This document shows positions 38,997 through 52,151 of a stretch of DNA of 64,000 nt, in pieces. The DNA is from Takakia lepidozioides. Its lineage: Eukaryota; Plantae; Bryophyta. How positions within the stretch are numbered: the stretch's first letter is position 1; the number at the start of each line of letters is the position of its first letter. Location: contig CM060732.1 of assembly GCA_030704615.1 (NCBI GenBank), positions 8,680,001-8,744,000 on the forward strand. Direction: 5' to 3'. A model generated the notes under the pieces. That model was not told the origin of the DNA, did no database searches, and saw only the letters and a program-made list of their open reading frames with translations. The translations under genes and the position numbers were made by a program.

Positions 38997-39772
38997 TTGG
39001 AGATAGAGGAGGAGTGGGACACCACAACAAGGATAAACAGCAATATCGACGTGGCTCAGAGAGAGGAGATACCACGAGGCATTGTGCCAAAATGGATATC
39101 AGATGGCTCCCATTGTTTGATGTGCATGAATCCTTACGGTCCAGAGGGAGGTCATGTGCTTGGATCATGTGGACATATGTTCCATCCCACGTGTCTTATC
39201 CAGGCATCCTTACATATGAGCGCTTGCCCAGAATGTCGTGCACTTATCCATCGCCGTTTCTATGAGCTGGTGGGCTTAGAGGATCTTATGCCGATAGGTT
39301 ATGAGTACAATCGGCACAACCTCCTATTGGATAGGCTACCATTTACATTTCTCAATTGTGTGCATTGGGGCAAAACCTTTTTGTGGGATGCATGCAGAGA
39401 AATGCATAACATACATGCTGCAAACCGGAATACAGTAGTAGATCACCCTAATATTTCTGAGTCACATCAGACTGGGAGATAACGGTACGTGCGGGAGGCA
39501 TAATCGATTGGTGGGAGAGAGAGCAATTTTGCCGTAATTTGGGAGGGCATTGGAGTGAGGCCAGGGGGAGGTTTTTCCGACTCCCAGAGGTTCCATGGGT
39601 GCCGCAACAGAACGAATTATATGACCGACAACTGATTGGGAGACATTTGTTGTTGTTGGAAATGGAAGATGCTATATTATGTGATCGCCGAATGAATACG
39701 GCGTACGAGGATGTGAACCACACAGGTATGAACCACATACCCACAAAGTTCTCGAACCACAAAAAAAATTAA
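38997..39772 (+). pseudogene. RING-H2-type zinc-finger ORF fragment embedded in the satellite
   Basis: CLMC...CGHMFHPTC...CPEC; intronless and frameshifted downstream. Confidence 0.7.
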
Positions 39773-41686
39773 TGTGGATGGGGAACGAGTCAACGACTAC
39801 ATGAACACTGGCCCATTGAATGAATTTTGATTGACCTTTTATCAGTCTGAGACCTGTGAGACGATATATTAAATATACTGCCAAAGTTTCAAAGCAAACA
39901 AAAATCACTTGGATGGGCAACCATCCGTTGGCCCATTGAACGAATTTTGTTTGATCTCATATTGCTTTGGGACTTGTTACATGGTATAATGAACATACTG
40001 GAAAACTTTCAAAGCAAACAACAATCATTTAGATGGGCAATCATCTGTTGGGCCACTGAATGAATTTCGATTGATCTCATATTAGTCCGGAACTCGTGAG
40101 ACGGTGTACTGAACATAGCAAACAAAAATCATTTGGATGGGCAACCATCCGTGGGCCCATCGAATGAATTTCGTTTGATCTCGTATTACCCTGGGACCTG
40201 TTGGTCTACGTTTCGTCTGCACATGATTTTTTTTTAATTCCATTCTTGAACCATATACTTAACGACTGCATATGCAATGTGCGTGCGTGCAAGTGAACAA
40301 AAATCATTTGGACCCCAAACCACATTTTCTTCTCTCATTTGCACTCCAAAGTCCATTTGTCTTCAACTTCATGCACTCTTCATAGAAAGTTCTACAATAG
40401 TGAGCGAAGATTTTTTATTTTTTATTTTATTTATTCTCTCATTTTTGTTTGGTCCAAATTTTTACAGGGATGTAGTGGTGCAAGGGTTGAATTCACAGAA
40501 CAAAATTGAGCCCAAACTAAAATCAGTACGGAGTAGAAACCCGCAATCATAGACATTCCAAGTTTAATTATTTACTTAAAATTCATTTAAATTTGATCTA
40601 ATTCAAAATTGGTTGAAGGGTGAGGGTGTCGTTGGGGAGGTTTTATTTTTATTTTTATTTTTTTTATGGTTCTGTTGAATCTCTTCACATATGTTGCACA
40701 CACATTCAAGCACATGCGAGCTAAAGTTGAGCTTGAATCACATCCGTTCAATGGGGGCAATAGCCATTCATCCATGAGAGGATTTTTTATTCCTAATGAA
40801 CAAAATTGGATGACAGGTGAACGCGTCCTTGGCCCATTGAATGAATTTTGATTGACCTAGTATCAGTCCGGGACCTGTGAGACGGTATACTGAACATACT
40901 GCCAAAGTTTCAAAGCAAACAAAAATCATTTGGATGGGCAACCATCCGTTGACCCATTGAACAAATTCCGTTTGATCTCATATTACTCTGGGACCTGTTG
41001 GATGGTATACTGAACATACTGCCAAAGTTTCAAAGCAAACAACAATTATTTGGATGGGCAGCCAGCCGTTGGGCCATTGAATGAATTTCGATTGATCTCA
41101 TATTAGTCCGGGACCTGTGAGACAGTGCATTGAACATACTCCCAAACTTTCAAAACAAACAAAAATCATTTGGAAGGGAAACCATCCGTTGGCCCATCGA
41201 ATGAATTTCGTTTGATCTCATATTACTCTGGGACCTAATGGACTGCGTTTCGCCTGCACATGATTTTTTTTTAATTCCATTCTTAAACCGTATGCTTAAC
41301 AACAACATATGCAATGTGCGTGCAAAATTTGGGAGTGAACAAAAGTCATTTGGACCCAAAACCACGTTTTCTTCCCTCATTTGCAGTGCAAAGTCCATTT
41401 GTCTTCAACTTCACACATTCTTCATAGAGAGTTCTGCAATAGTGAGCGAAGAAAACATTTTTTTATATAAAATTTTCTCATTTTTGTTTGGTCCAAATTT
41501 TTGCAAGGATGTAGTGGTGCAAGGGTTGAATTTGTAGAACAAAATTGAGCCAAAAATAAAATCATTAGGTAGCAGAAACCCGCAATCATAGACATTCCAA
41601 GTCTAATTATTTACTTAAAAATTCATTTAAATTCGATTTAATTCAAAATTGGTTGAAGGGTGAGAGCGTCGTTGGAGAGGGAAATG

Positions 41687-41716
41687 TTTAGGGGTTAGGG
41701 TTTAGGGTTTAGGGTT
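41687..41716 (+). repeat. Interstitial telomere-like repeats (TTTAGGG/TTAGGG)
   Basis: TTTAGGGG TTAGGG TTTAGGG TTTAGGG. Confidence 0.75.
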
Positions 41717-41972
41717 CACTTCACTTGAATTTTGTTTGCCACTTGACCACATACTGATTGATCTCGTACTTGTGCATGACCTATTATATAATATAGAAAA
41801 AATATTTGGATGGGGAAGCATCCATTCATCCTTTTTATCAATTTCGATTCATCCCATACTTATCTAGGACCTGCAAGAGGGTATGCAGAGCATGCTGGCA
41901 AAGTTTGAATAGAAACAAAAATCATTTCGATGGGAAACCATTTGTTCACCCTTTTAATCAATTTCAATTGAT

Positions 41973-42061
41973 AGGGCCCACCCCCGAGAGGGCGCAGTAG
42001 CCGCAAGGCGAAGTGGCTCTTAGTTACGCCGGTCCACGGACCGGAGTCTTTTCTCTTTCTC
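41973..42061 (+). mobile_element. Extremely 5'-truncated copy (3' end only) of the RLE retroelement
   Basis: Matches 44434-44515; 15-bp TSD TCAATTTCAATTGAT (41958-72, 42062-76); CT-rich tail. Confidence 0.85.
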
Positions 42062-43074
42062 TCAATTTCAATTGATCTCATACTTGTTCATGGCCTGTTA
42101 AAAGGTATGTACAACATACTGGCAAAGTTTGAAAACAAACAAAAAATCATTTGGGTGGGCAACCATTCATTGGCCATTTCAATTAATTTCAATTCATCTC
42201 ATATTAGTCGACGACCTGTTGGATGATAGGTAGAACATACTGGCATTGTTTGAAAAATAAACAAAAATCATGTGGATGGGCAACCATTCGTGGGCTCTTT
42301 GAATGAATTTCGATTGATCTCATATTAGTCCAGGACATGCTGACAAACTTTGAAAGAAACAAAAATCATTTGGATGGAGAACCATTGGTTTGCCCTTTCC
42401 ACCAATTTCGATTGATCTTATATTTGTCCACGACCTGTCGGATGGTAGGTAGAACAGACAAGCAAAGTTTGAAAGAAAACAGAAATCATTTAGATGGGCA
42501 ACAATTTGTTCGCCCTTCAACCAATTTCAATTGATCTTATATTTGTCCAAGACCCATCGGATGGTAGGTAGAACATACTGGCAAAGTTTGAAAGCAAACA
42601 AAAATCATTTAGATGGACAACAATTCGTTCGCCCTTTCAACCAAGTTCGATTGATCTCATATTTGTCCAAGACCTGTCGGATGGTAGTTAGAACTGAAAA
42701 GAAACAAAAATCATTTGGATGGGCAACAACTTGTTGGCCCTTTCAACCAATTTCGATTGATTTCATATTTGTTCAGGACCTGTCGGATGGTATGTACAAC
42801 ATACTGGGAAAGTTTGAAAACAAACAAAAAATATTTGGATGGGCAATGATTCGTTGGCCCTTTGAATCAATTTCGATTGATTTCATATTAGTCGAGAACC
42901 TCTTGGATGGTACGTAGAACATATTGGCAAAGTTTGAAAACAAACAAAAATCATTTGGATGGGCAACCATTCGTTGGCCCTTTCAATCTCATATTAGTCC
43001 ACGACCTGTCGGATGGAGTGTAGAATATCCGGGCAAAGTTTGAAAGGAAGCACAAATCATTTGTATAACCATTT

Positions 43075-44515
43075 GCCCTCATTCTCCCCCCCATACTACA
43101 TTTTCACAAACAACCTTACCTCACTATTTCTCCTTTGCAACCACCTTTCAAGCCCCTCCTGCCACCTTCATCACCCAGATCGGAACCTCATTGCAGCTAT
43201 CATCCACCGGGCAGGTCCATTAATCACCCCATACACTTCCTCAAAGTGCGCTCCCACACTGGCATCACCGGTAACGAAAACGCAGACCTCCTCGCCCAGG
43301 CAGGGGCCACCCAACCCCCACTAGCTCCCACGGCCAACCCCATTCATATCGTCCACACTCACCCATTTTGGCTAATTCACCCAGTACTAGGACCCCCTAC
43401 TAGCAAGCCCATACGTAACCTAAAATCCACTCTCACACGTGAAACCCACAAACAAGCCTCAGCCTCTACCAGCCATACCAAAGTCCATATCCAAAAATGG
43501 ACACAATCCACAGTTCTTCACCACAAATTATCAAACTACTTTTGGCACACAAAGACTGTCACCAACGCGCAACTCCAACAAACACTCAAATTTTGATACG
43601 CCCGATACATGGGACACCAACGCAAACACAACTTCTGCCCACGCCAATTCCGGCATCCCCCAACTGCCCATTATGCTCACATACACCTACAGTACATGAC
43701 AGCTGGCCCCACCTCCTCAGTCAATGTACTCACCCCATTATACATGGTCTCCGTGTTACTCGCCATAATCACGCAGTGTGGCACATCCATAAACTTCTCA
43801 TGTCCAGATCAAAAACCAGATGGTTCTCACTCATCAATGCTGGTACCTATCAAGGCAGACCCCCTGACCACACAGTCCCTCACTGGCTACTCCCGTGTAG
43901 TTGTCTTCAGTCACCCTGTACCTGTCTCTCTCGCCTCTGCCCGGATATCCTACTTGTCCACGGCTTACCCATCAATGCCCCCCTACCCATTTCCCCCTCC
44001 CGGAGCTAACCATTCATTTCGTTGAATTCACATATTGTCAGACCGATACCCAGCCCCCTCCACCTTAGAAAAACGACAAAAATATGCCCCCCTCATCCTC
44101 GCCATCCGCCAGCGTGGGTGGCGCACCGCCCCCCTATCAGTTATCACAACCGGTACTAGAGGTGGGATTCATACCGCCAGCATAAACACGATACACGACA
44201 ATCTTGAAATCCCTATCCCCCCGATCCACAAATGCTTTAAAGCCATCCACCTCACTGCGCTCCCCTCCCTCACTGCCATCATCACCAATAAGTGACAACT
44301 CGAGTCCAACCCCTCTTCGGCGCCCCAGGGTACCCGGGGTACCCCCGGGTACCATAGGTACCCGCGGTACCACTACCCTATGTACTACCTCCTCCTGGTT
44401 ACCCGGTGTCCCCTGGACACCTGTTCTCTTTATAGGGCCCACCCCCGAAAGGGGGCAGTAGCCGTAAGATGAAGTGGCTCTTAGTTATGCCGGCCTTGGC
44501 CGGAGTCTTCTCTCT
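43075..44515 (+). mobile_element. 5'-truncated non-LTR retrotransposon: RNase H - Zn knuckle - restriction-like endonuclease (Dualen/RandI-like)
   Basis: KVRSHTGITGNENADLLA; CPLC...HLLSQC; RHNHAV; CPDILLV...EFTY...EKRQKYAPL...TGTRGGIH; frameshifts. Confidence 0.8.
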
Positions 44516-46237
44516 GCAACCATTTGTGGGCCCTTTGAATCAATTTCAATTGAACTCATATTAGTCAAGGGCTTATCGGATGGTATATAGAACGCGCTGG
44601 CAAAGTTTGAAAAGAAACAAAAATCATTTGGATGGGGAGCCATATGTTTGCCTTTTTAATGAATTTCGATTGATCCCATACTTGTCCAAGACCTATTTGA
44701 GGGTATGTGGAACATGCTGGCAAAGTTTGAAAAGAAACAAAAATCATTTGGATGGGAGTCATACATTCGCCATTTTAATGAAGTTCGATTGATCCCATAC
44801 ATGTCCTGGACCTGTTTGAGGGTATGTAGAACGTGCTAGCAAACATTGAAAAGAAACAAAAATTATTTGGATGGAGAACCATTCATTCGCCCTTTTAATG
44901 AATTTCGATTGATCCCATACTTGTCCTGGACCTGTTTGAGGGTATGTAGAACGTGCTGGCAAACATTGAAAAGAAACAAAAATCATTTGGATGGAGAACC
45001 ATTTGTTCGCCCTTTTAATGAATTTTGATTGATCCCATATTTGTTCGGGACTTGTTTGAGGGTATGTGGAATATGCTGGCAAACTTTGAAAATAAACAAA
45101 AATTATTTTGATGGGGAACCAATGATTTGCCCTTTTAATCAATTTCAATTTTTGCCATAATTGTCCAGGACCTAGCACATGGTATATTCAGCATGCTGGC
45201 AAAGTTTGGAAACAAACAAAAAATTACTTGGATGTGGAATCATTTGTTCATTTTTTCAATCAATTTTGATTCACGCCATATTTGTCCAAGTATGTAGAAC
45301 ATACTAGCGAAGTTTGAAAACAAACCAAAATTATTTGGATGAGGAATTATTCGTTTGCCACTTGAACCCCTTCTGATTGACCTCGTACTTGTCCAGGAGG
45401 TTTACTATTTCATGAGCAGAAACCATGAGCCATGAGCCATGAGCCGCATGAGCGGTGAGCCGAAGTCTAAGATACGCGGATTTCATGAGCGGACTCCTCC
45501 AAATTTGGAAATGCGGCAGATTAAACAAGTATTAAAATAATAGTTTTTTATTTGACCTTGCCGTTTTTGGACGTTCCAGATCATGTAATGCGGCGAAGAT
45601 ATGTCGTCAGTAACAAGTCCGCTCATGGTTTTTTAGATCCGCTCATGGAAATAAGTGACCGTGCAACGGGAAATCCAGTATACCACTGCAAAAGGACGTC
45701 GCATACTGGCCTGTATAGAGTATTCCGCGGTTTTACATGCCTTAACATTGGAATGAAGCTGACCCTTTTGCCGCGATTGAACCAATGGAGTCTGCACCAA
45801 TACAGTCTGCAGTACTTCACAATTCTGTCTTCTTCGGGTATTCGGCGGGAAAGGTTTGCAACTGAACTGGGAAATAAGGTGCCGCATTAGGGTTCGCACG
45901 TGCGAAATTTCGGAGCGGTTTGGTGTTGGCGAAGGCCGCCTCTACCAGTACCTACGACGATACTTGGAAATGCGGCGCCGCATTTCCTTGTCGGAGGTCG
46001 AATGAGGAAAGCAAGTTTCGGAAAGCAGAAAAACATGAACCCTCCAACATACAAAAATACATGCACGTGGAAACAAGTGAACGATATAGTAATATCTTAG
46101 TTCGAGCAAAACAGGTTACTGGTAGGCAAGACATATGTCGGACCTTTCTGTGGCCAGAGTCTGAGGTACTGGCAGCAGTACAGTTCTACTATCCGAAAAG
46201 GATGGGCGTACCATTGTATGTGGACCGCAAGCCAAGC

Positions 46238-49200
46238 TCACTGGTCCCCTGGATCCATATTCAGAAGAGTGTGAACCTCCTGGGGGCTCAACCCTGGTGC
46301 ATGTATGAAGTGATGAGTTGTGGAATTACAACGGAGTCTCTTTAGGTACACGTAGTACAAATGCTTGCAAGGGCAGTATGATGCCCCCTTGTTCGCCATG
46401 ATCTGGAAGTCGGTGCAATTGCAGGTGGGTAATTCTGAAATGGTGATGGTGTACACCTCATTGCGAACAGCTGAGCCCGCCGTGGCCATCTGATACACAC
46501 GCCCGAATCCTGGTGGGGGCACTTCTGTCGAGCTCTGGATTGTACAGTTCATCCGAAGTGCATTCCCCATCCTTGTCTCGTTCACTTTTGAGGGAGGTCG
46601 CCGCCTCTTCGGTTTCCCCAACGGTGTGTAGGATGCTTAGAGCTGTCGTGTCCCATTGTTCTTGCTCTCACAGGGGTCGGTGGTGGAGGCTGTGGAAGCG
46701 GAAATGGTTCTCTGGGGACGTCAGTGCGCTGCACCATCCGAAATCCTGCGGCGGTAAGGGCGTCGGCCTCAACCTGACTCAGATCGCAGCCTGGTTCCAC
46801 CGGCCACACCGGGGGAGCCTCTGGCATTGTTTGTATGCCGTACTTGGGCTTTCCATACACGCAAGTCATAATGTCGTGCCTGCAGAACCAGAACTGGGTG
46901 GTTGTCGCCTCCGCAAACTTTGCATGGACAAATCTTCCTGTAAAAGTAGGAGCAGGGACAGCCCCATCTGGATTCCTCCTTATCATCTCTAAACAACGTT
47001 GCCGTGTATCCACGAATTGCGGAACACCTTCCTCGAAACGACGGCTTTGTGCGAGCAATTCTCCACTGTGATGCAGACACAGTCGTCTCCACAATGGCTT
47101 GGCCATACTGCATAACAGCGGGCGGAATCTGGGGCAAGGGAGCGGTGGGAATTTTTTGCACGAAATCCCCGGTTGAAGGCGACGGCGATCTGGAATTTCT
47201 TGGGCTTCCACTGCTGGAAGACACATTGTGCGGCAACATGACGGGACCTCGAGGTGCTGTCCGAATGTTCCTGTCGGATCTCCAGGAATCCTCTTCGCAC
47301 CCGGGTTCCTCTTCAATCCTCCGCCTGACAGGGCGAGTCCGGACGTCCCCCTCTAGGTGTTCACCTCTGCGGTGCAGAGGCGTCCCTTTGATCTTCTCTC
47401 GCATGCTGTCGCCCATTTCACTGGATTCTTGGACCCGAAGCTGTTCGTACCAACAATTCCTCCCTGTCCGGCCCAAAGCCCCATTGTTTGCCGCTCAGGA
47501 ACTTGTAGTACGTGGCTTGCTGCATGATTGCTCTGTCGATGTCCTCCGTTGTGGCCGTCACTACGTCCACCAGATGTGCGGCAGAAGACGCTCGCCAGGA
47601 GGAGTGGACCGATTCTGCCATATTCGTGTTCGGCATGTCCGTGTCGGAATCCAAGCACCGCTCCTAGAGGACACAAACAATGGTGAGGGACCAATCGAAA
47701 TGTCCGTAACAGAAAGACAAATGAACGAAATTGACAGCAGCCTACCTCCCGCATGTACTGTCCGAACTGTCGATACCGAAAATGCCACCACCCCAACCAG
47801 CTGTGCAATGCTCCCAGATTGGTTGTCTCCACTGCACCTGACGTGTTCCACCAAGCCTCGATGATAGCAAACTTAACCTCCGCGTCATCAAATGTGGGTG
47901 CATCCTTCCACGCCGTACAAAGGACACGGTGTTCAGCCTGGAATGAGCTAGCAACAAATTTGGTAGTGTAGTGGGATAGACTCTGCATCCAATGGAATCC
48001 ACAGGATCTCTCTTTCCCCTCCATTGGAACATTGGGGTCCTCACCGTACACACGCCGCACCGCTGCCCAGTTGGCCTGAGCGTTGTCTGCCATGAATCCC
48101 CTGAAATTGGGCTCTGGCAATCCCGCCCTTGCCATCTGCTCGTTTATGCCCTCCCACAGATGCATCTCGGACTGTGTGTCCTCCCCTTTCATCTCGCAGA
48201 TTGCAATCGTCATGAGCCTCTTGGAGTGATAGTCATAAACATGCGCACCCATAGTCACCCACTGATGGTTTGTAATTCGCTTGATGTGATCAAACATCAC
48301 CCAAGCATTCGACAAGTTTCCAGTTGTCATGCGAGTGACCAAGTCGACTCCACTCCCAGGCCCACACGTCGACATTTTGAAAATGTAACAACGATCGGAT
48401 TCGCTGCCTTGCCCTGGAAACCTGCTACCTTGGATGTAGTCATATCCAGTCATTCGTTTCACCTCCAGGATTGAGTACATGTCCGACCCCCTGCCGAACT
48501 CCTGCTTGCAAGATACGATGTGATTCCGCACATTCGGACTACAAACGTGCGAGACGGACTCCAAGAGGTCACGCATCTCGTCTTCGGTCAAGGGCTCTCG
48601 GTCGGAACCATCTTCAGACATGATTTTGCCAAGAGCAATCTTGTGGGCTGCCTTCAGCTGAATCTGCTTTGGTCTGGCTCCGGGGCTCAATTTCACCTCC
48701 TCTTTTATGATGTCGTGTGCTTCCTGCACAGCCTCACGCATGTTGCCTCTCGCCAAGGGGTGGCAGTGGACCCCAACGTGTATGCAAGCTCTAGTCAAGT
48801 CCGGGAGCAAATGGATTACGTAATATTGCTTGGCTCTGCACATGGACATGCACGTCGGTGGTTCTTTGCAATGTGCACACTTGAAAGAACCCGCAGGAGC
48901 TTGGCTGGAGACAATGAATGGATGATGCGTTGTGCCAGTCCAATCCGTCTCGTTTCTCCGCCCTCCTTTGGAGAGAAAGTGGAAGCAGGTGGGATTGAGG
49001 CACCTCAGCTTCCCCGCACAGAGGACATATCGTACACGAACACCATCAGCAATTTTCGTGCTACTGGTCTTCGTCACACACCAGGGGTGTCCGTCATGCT
49101 TTCGATCCATGTCTGTTAACATCCCGGAGGCTTTGTTTGACGAAGAAACAGGTGGAAACTCGAAGATGACATTGCCATCGACTTCGGGAGGCAAAACGTT

Positions 49201-49973
49201 ACCTTTCTGACTGGGAATTTGGCATAGTCGAGAGCAGCCAGCTCGGAGCGAGAACCATCGAGGTGATGTTGTCGTAGGAGCTGCACAATGGACCGGGTTG
49301 GAGTTATGCTCGAGGGCACATGCGTAGCACCTACAGAGACGTCCATGCCGGATTTGAACGACCGTGTGGAGGACATGGGTACCTCAATGCAATCATCTTC
49401 CTCGTCGGAAATGTCGAATACGTCCACACGAGAAGCTATGGAGGGTCTTGACGGTCCAGGTCGGGAATGATTATCGTTGCATACCTCTCTGTTGGCAGTG
49501 GCCGCCTCTCGGTTTCCGGACTCCTTTGTGGATGGTGTGGGCAGCGACTGATTCGGAAAGGGAATGGGCATTCCCACAGCTCGGTACAGGATGGGTGTCT
49601 GAGGGGGAACGTGCCATTCGATTCCGCAACCTCCGTCGTTACCTAGCACGACAATGGTCTCGTCAACCTGTCCAGGAACATCCTTCCTTTCTTCTTCCAA
49701 ATAAACTGTGCCCGGTTTGAGCTTGAATTTGGAACAAAGGTAAGTTTCAGTCACTCTGCAAAGTCCTCCCTCGTTTGGGATCCAGGCTCTCCCAAGTTGC
49801 GGAGGACAGCAAACTATAGCGTAGGAATTCGGAGCCATCGAACACCGCACGGAGTTGGCAAGTGCGAGGTTCAGTATAGCGACAGACCAAGGCTCACAGG
49901 CACCATCTAAGTGGATCTGCGGAGTCCATCGACGATTGGAAGTCGCACATTGAAGTGGAAAGTATTGTTTCAA
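46238..49973 (-). CDS. MULE DDE transposase with GCM/WRKY-like N-terminal Zn domain and C-terminal SWIM (several frameshifts; intron ~47665-47745)
   Basis: DGHPW...CAGKLRC..C...CAHC...HVGVHCHP; WVMFDH; FMADNAQAN; ERSCGFHW; TNMAESVH; PTCNCTDF...CPCKHLYYV. Confidence 0.85.
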
Positions 49974-50259
49974 GCTACATGCATGAAGGTGGGGTTTGAT
50001 TCCATAGCCAGTAAGTATGACAATGATGGCCGATTCGGCGACGAAAATAACATCTCCTGACAGTTTCTCCTGAGGGTGGATCCAGCAGTATTCTCGGTGC
50101 AGACAGGAACGTTCGCACTGACAAGTGCCAGGACTGTTAGTTAAAACGGTCAGACAACCAAGTTGTGCTCATCAAGACTGGCCGCAATGTTGTTTCGGAA
50201 CAATGCAACCCATTGAGGTTCCAGATTTCCCGTCCCGAGTGATTCTTTCGATTGCTGGT

Positions 50260-51760
50260 GGACGGAAATACGGCGCCGCATTTCCGTATTGCATCTTGGT
50301 CATGCACCAGAGCGACGGAAATGCGGCACCGAGTTTCCGTCGGGGGAAACCTTTATACTCTCCAGAACGGAAATGCGGTAACGCATTTCCATCCAGCAAG
50401 CACGGTATGTGAAGGTGGAACGGAAATGCGGTACCGCATTTCCGTTCTGATTGAATTATGAACAACGGGAACAGAAATGCGGCACCGCATTTCCGTCCGA
50501 GTCGCACTTTTCCGACATTCCAGAACGGAAATGCGGCGCCGCATTTCCATTTTGTATCTGATGCATGGAGCTGAGGGATAGAAATGCTGCAGCACATTTC
50601 CGTCCTTAAAAGAACGGAAATGCGGTACCGCATTTCCGTTCTGATTGAATTATGAACAACGGGAACAGAAATGCGGCACCGCATTTCGTCGAGTCGCACT
50701 TTCCGACATTCCAGAACGGAAATGCGGCGCCGCATTTCCATTTTGTATCTGATGCATGGAGCCGAGTGCGATTCCGACCGCTTGAGACATTCATACTATC
50801 CAGAACGGAAATGCGGTACCGCATTTCCGTTCTGACTGAAAATCGTGAACCATCGGAACTGAAATGCGGCACGCATTTCCATCCGAGTCGCACCTCCCAA
50901 CATTCCAGAACGGAAATGCGGCACCGCATTTCCGTTCTGATGAAATATCCTGAAACATCGGAACTGAAATGCGGTACCGCATTTCCGTCGGAGTCGCACC
51001 TTCCGACATTCCAAAACGGAAATGCGGCGCCGCATTTCCGTTTTGTATGTGAGGCATGGAGCTGTGGAACGAAAATGCGGCACGCATTTCCGCCAGCGTC
51101 AGACGTTAATACTCTACAGAACGGAAATGCGGTACCGCATTTCCGTTCTGACTGAAAATCGTGCGCAACGGGAACAGAAATGCCGCATTTCCGTCCGAGT
51201 CGCACCTTCCGACATTCTAGAACGGAAATGCGGCGCCGCATTTCCGTTTTGTATGGGGCCTGGAGCTGTGCTACGGAAATGTTGCCGCATTTCCATCCAT
51301 GTGAGACCTTCTTTCCAGACCGGAAATGCGGCACCGCATTTGTCCAGGTGAGACCTCTATACTTTCCCGAACGGAAATGTGGCGGCATTTCCATTCATCA
51401 ACTAACGTATGTGAAGGGGGAACGGAAATGCGGTACCGCATTTCCGTTCACATTGAAAATCATGAACCACGGGAACTGAAATGTTGTGCCTCATTCCCGT
51501 CCGAATCGCACCTTTCGACATTCCAGAACGGAAATGCGGCGCCGCATTTCCCTTTTGAATCTCATACATGGAGCTGTGGGACGGAAATGCGGCACCGTTT
51601 CCGTTCAACAACTAAGGTATGTGAAGGTGGAACGGAAATGCGGTGCCGCATTTTCTTCCAACAAGTACGGATGTGTAGCTTCGTGATGGTACTTAACGGA
51701 AATGCGGCGCCGCATTCGCATTTTCGCTCCAACTCATCAGACGCTGGGACGGAAATGCCT
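50260..51760. repeat. Array of ~28 palindromes GGAAATGCGGnnCCGCATTTCC at ~52-bp spacing
   Basis: Copies at ~50265, 50317, 50369, 50422, 50473, 50527 and onward; lies between the two divergent genes. Confidence 0.92.
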
Positions 51761-52151
51761 TGAAATGTGAAACACGTGGAGCAACGGAATTGCTGCACAT
51801 GTCGGCACTCTATCTGACTGAAGGGGCATGAGGCGGCGCGGCCTGACCGTTGGATAATGATGTTTGTTTTTCGGACGGCAGGCGTACCCTGAACGATTCG
51901 AATTTCGTAATGACGCAAACTCCACGAGGAGACACTTTCGTCCAACCCTTTCGAACCCAAGTGGTGCATCACCGCCGTTTCATCTACTTTTGTCGTGTCT
52001 CCTCAGTCACCCCTCTCGCGCCCTTTCCATCTGCACTCTTTGCCCTTTTCCTCTCTCTGTTCTTATGCTCGAACCTGAGAGGGGGGGAGTTCGTGCACCA
52101 GACAGGAGACCTCGTCGCAAGCTCCGGAAATTATACTTCGGACGTAGGCCA

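Larger units (their letters stand above)
38130..45395. repeat. ~120-bp satellite; forward orientation 38130-38978, inverted 39805-45395
   Basis: Recurring catccaaatgatttttgtttgctttcaaactttgccagtatgttc...gagatcaatcgaaattcattcaa at ~120-bp period. Confidence 0.9.

Noticed and set aside
41806-45178. Repetitive ORFs (NKNHLDG, QMIFVSFQ)
   Set aside because: Translations of the 120-bp satellite.
47004-49119. Long plus-strand ORFs opposite the transposase
   Set aside because: Antisense shadows of a GC-rich coding region.
50260-51760. CRISPR-like repeat-spacer appearance
   Set aside because: The spacers are themselves repeated, the repeats are degenerate, no cas genes are present, and the context is intron-containing eukaryotic TE DNA.
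50125-51972. Numerous ORFs rich in KCGAAFPF / TEMRRRISV
   Set aside because: Translation artefacts of the palindrome array on both strands.
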